Positions 58,259 through 60,652 of a stretch of DNA of 60,652 nt are shown here, one piece after another. Each line of letters starts with the position of its first letter. Within the stretch, counting starts at the first letter, position 1. The notes under the pieces are model-generated. The model was not told the origin of the DNA. It was given only the letters and a program-made list of their open reading frames with translations, and did not search any database. The stretch spans positions 1-60,652 of the forward strand of contig JAVCDA010000021.1 in NCBI GenBank assembly GCA_030765145.1, written 5' to 3'. The position numbers and the translations under genes were made by a program. This stretch comes from Candidatus Saelkia tenebricola (GTDB lineage: Bacteria; Omnitrophota; Gorgyraeia; Kaelpiales; Kaelpiaceae).

Positions 58259-59861
58259 CGTTTGGCTATTTTCAATAGCCGTTGTTTGTTTCTATTTAGG
58301 ATACCGTTTTTATTTAAGGTTTCTAATAAAGAAAATTTTTCCTCTTGATGTAACGAAGATCACGCCTGCTTTAGAGATAAATGATGGGGTTGATTATGTT
58401 CCGGCCAAGAATTGGATTATGCTTTTTGGACATCATTTTGCTTCCATTGCAGGAGCTGCTCCTATTATAGGGCCTGTTATTGCATTTTCGGCTTGGGGGT
58501 GGGGAGTTTCGCTAGTATGGATTGTTTTGGGCAGTATTTTTATAGGCGGGGTGCATGATTTTTCTTCACTCTATGTATCTATGAGAAGCAGAGGCTGTTC
58601 AATTTCTGAAGTTGGTAAATTTGCGGTTTCTAAAAAAACAAAATATTTATTTTCAATTTTCATTTTATTAGCGTTAATTCTTATAATTGCGGTTTTTTTA
58701 TATTTTTGTGCTAATACATTTGTGCATAAGCCAGAAATTGTTCTTCCTTCTTTAGGTTTAATCCCAGTAGCTATTTTAGTAGGATGTATGTTGTATATAC
58801 TGAATTTCAATGTTTTTTTTGCCACTGGATTTGGTCTTTTGTCAATGGTTCTTTTGATTTATTTCGGTGATATATTTCCGATAGGATTTATTGGAGAAAA
58901 GGCTCAAAACTACTGGATAATTATTTTAATGTTTTACTGTTTTTTTGCTTCTATTATGCCTGTTAATATTTTACTTCAGCCTAGGGATTATCTCTCTTCA
59001 TTCATTCTTTTTGCTGGGATAGTATGTGCTGTTCTGGGTATATTTATAACTCGGCCTAAAATTATAGCACCGGTATTTTTAACGTTTAAAGGAGAAATTG
59101 GTTTAATATGGCCAATGCTTTTTGTAACAATCGCTTGTGGTGCAATATCAGGATTTCATTCATTGGTGGCAAGCGGAACTACTTCGAAGCAGATATCTTC
59201 TGAGGCATATGCTCCGCGCATTGGCTATGGTAGTATGCTTTTAGAGGGAGTTTTAGCGGTCATTGCTTTAATCTCAGTTTCAGTTTTGGCAATGGATGTT
59301 TTTAAAGAAAGATTGGCTTCAAGTGGTCCTGTAGGATGTTTTGAAAAAGGATATGGTTTTATAACATTACCTTTATTAGGGGGATATGGTGAATCATTTG
59401 CGGTATTGATTCTAAATGCTTTTATATTGACCACTTTAGATACAGCAACCAGAATTTCTCGGTATATAATGAGTGAAATATTTCACTTTAAAGGAAGGAT
59501 TTTTCCCGCTGTTTTTCCGGTTATATTGGCTTCTCTTTTGGCTTTATCAGGTAAATGGCGAGATATATGGGTTATATTCGGAGCCAGCAATCAATTGATT
59601 GCTGCCTTATCCTTAATAGTAGTATCAGGTTGGCTGCTAAAAAAGAAAAGGCAGATTAGGTTTACTTTTATACCTGCAATTTTTATGTTGTTAACAACAA
59701 TATCTGCTATAATATACAAATTAAATCATTTTTTAAAAGCAGGTAATATTATTTTGTCAATTGTATCAATTGTGTTAATATTGCTAGGAGTTTCAATCAT
59801 ATGGGAAGCAAGGTTTATTTTTGGGAATAAGAAAAGTTTAATAGGAGAAAAATTTGGTTAA
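58251..59861 (+). CDS. cstA: Carbon starvation protein A family transporter
   Basis: DGVDYVP, LFGHHFASIAGAAPIIGP, LLQPRDY, IACGAISGFHSL, LTTLDTATR. Confidence 0.95.
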   Translation: MSSVWLFSIAVVCFYLGYRFYLRFLIKKIFPLDVTKITPALEINDGVDYVPAKNWIMLFGHHFASIAGAAPIIGPVIAFSAWGWGVSLVWIVLGSIFIGGVHDFSSLYVSMRSRGCSISEVGKFAVSKKTKYLFSIFILLALILIIAVFLYFCANTFVHKPEIVLPSLGLIPVAILVGCMLYILNFNVFFATGFGLLSMVLLIYFGDIFPIGFIGEKAQNYWIIILMFYCFFASIMPVNILLQPRDYLSSFILFAGIVCAVLGIFITRPKIIAPVFLTFKGEIGLIWPMLFVTIACGAISGFHSLVASGTTSKQISSEAYAPRIGYGSMLLEGVLAVIALISVSVLAMDVFKERLASSGPVGCFEKGYGFITLPLLGGYGESFAVLILNAFILTTLDTATRISRYIMSEIFHFKGRIFPAVFPVILASLLALSGKWRDIWVIFGASNQLIAALSLIVVSGWLLKKKRQIRFTFIPAIFMLLTTISAIIYKLNHFLKAGNIILSIVSIVLILLGVSIIWEARFIFGNKKSLIGEKFG

Positions 59862-60652
59862 GGTAATTGTTCAGAAATATGGAGGGAGTTCTGTTGCTAC
59901 GGTTGGGAGAATAAAAAAAGTAGCACAGAATATAGTAAGCTATAGGAGAAAAGGATATAGAGTTATGGCTGTAGTTTCTGCTTTAGGAGATACGACAGAT
60001 GAACTTATTGATTTGGCTAGAAAGATTACGAAACATCCTAAAGAAAGGGAATTAGATGTATTAATTTCAACAGGTGAGCAAGTGTCGTCAGCACTACTTG
60101 CGATGGCAATTCATGAATTAGGAGTCGAAGCAATTTCATTTACGGGTTTCCAAGGCGGGATTATAACAGATGGTGTTTTTACAAAAGCCAGGATTGTTAA
60201 AATCAATGCTGATAAAATAAAGAGTGAGTTAGGAAAAGGTAAAATTGTAGTTGTAGCTGGATTCCAGGGTGTAAATTTGGATATGGAGGTTACAACTTTA
60301 GGTAGAGGTGGGAGTGATTTAACTGCTGTGGCACTGGCAAATAGCGTAAATGCAGATGTTTGTGAGATATATACGGATGTAGCAGGTGTTTATACTGCTG
60401 ATCCGAGGATTGCAGGAAGTGCGAAAAAAATTTCCAGGATTTGTTATAATGAGATGTTAGAACTTGCTTCATCAGGTGCGCAAGTAATGCAGGCGCGGTC
60501 TATTGAATTTGCGAAGAAGAATAATGTTAAGATTCATGTTAGATCCAGTTTTACCAAGAAAGAAGGTACAATTATTATGGAGGAGGTAAAATCTATGGAA
60601 GATATATATGTTACAGGAGTAGCTGTGGATAAAAGCGAGGCTAAAGTTACAA
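59854..60652 (+). CDS. lysC: Aspartate kinase (3'-truncated by window edge; absent from the supplied ORF track)
   Basis: Read directly: TTG start after AGGAG, VIVQKYGGSSVA, VVSALGDTTDELI, VAGFQG, TTLGRGGSD, YTDVAGVYTADPR. Confidence 0.96.
   Translation, partial: MVKVIVQKYGGSSVATVGRIKKVAQNIVSYRRKGYRVMAVVSALGDTTDELIDLARKITKHPKERELDVLISTGEQVSSALLAMAIHELGVEAISFTGFQGGIITDGVFTKARIVKINADKIKSELGKGKIVVVAGFQGVNLDMEVTTLGRGGSDLTAVALANSVNADVCEIYTDVAGVYTADPRIAGSAKKISRICYNEMLELASSGAQVMQARSIEFAKKNNVKIHVRSSFTKKEGTIIMEEVKSMEDIYVTGVAVDKSEAKVT

Noticed and set aside
1334-60472. Many short antisense or overlapping ORFs in the supplied track (e.g. 38956-39513, 53851-54378, 51176-51577, 45890-46147)
   Set aside because: They lie opposite or within well-supported genes and show no recognisable motifs; typical shadow ORFs
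1-60652. CRISPR arrays, IS elements, prophage or defence genes, rRNA and tRNA
   Set aside because: No regularly spaced repeats, transposase/integrase/phage motifs or RNA-gene signatures were seen by eye; intergenic gaps are all under about 350 bp

Overview
AT-rich, gene-dense stretch of a diderm bacterial chromosome with 58 CDS (52 on +, 6 on -) in the standard genetic code; TGA is used as a stop. I saw no rRNA, tRNA, CRISPR array, transposase or prophage. The backbone is housekeeping: secA(partial)-lnt, lysS-lolC/E-lolD-ilvE, mcsA-mcsB-clpC, mlaEFD, radA-yacL-ispD-ispF, cysE-cysS, tmk, hisS-aspS, phoH-pgpH-ybeY-dgkA-recO, larE and apgM-cstA-lysC(partial). Firmicute-like gene order together with Lol, Mla, TolC and TonB suggests a PVC-type anaerobe such as Omnitrophota (inference only). 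Accessory-looking modules are a ybjQ-ybjQ-M48 trio where prfB often sits, an AsmA/TamB-like gene ahead of mlaEFD, a sulfate-activation/alkaline-phosphatase-superfamily island between ispF and cysE, a transglutaminase-ABC trio, and a MarR-TolC-RND operon without an adaptor. The main signal not explained by the ORFs is a pair of homologous structured leaders about 44 kb apart (~3125-3246 and ~47524-47613). They share same-strand flanks, but their 42-bp core hairpin is inverted in one copy relative to the other. A further unassigned multi-hairpin leader lies upstream of apgM-cstA-lysC. All calls come from motif recognition by eye; no searches were run.
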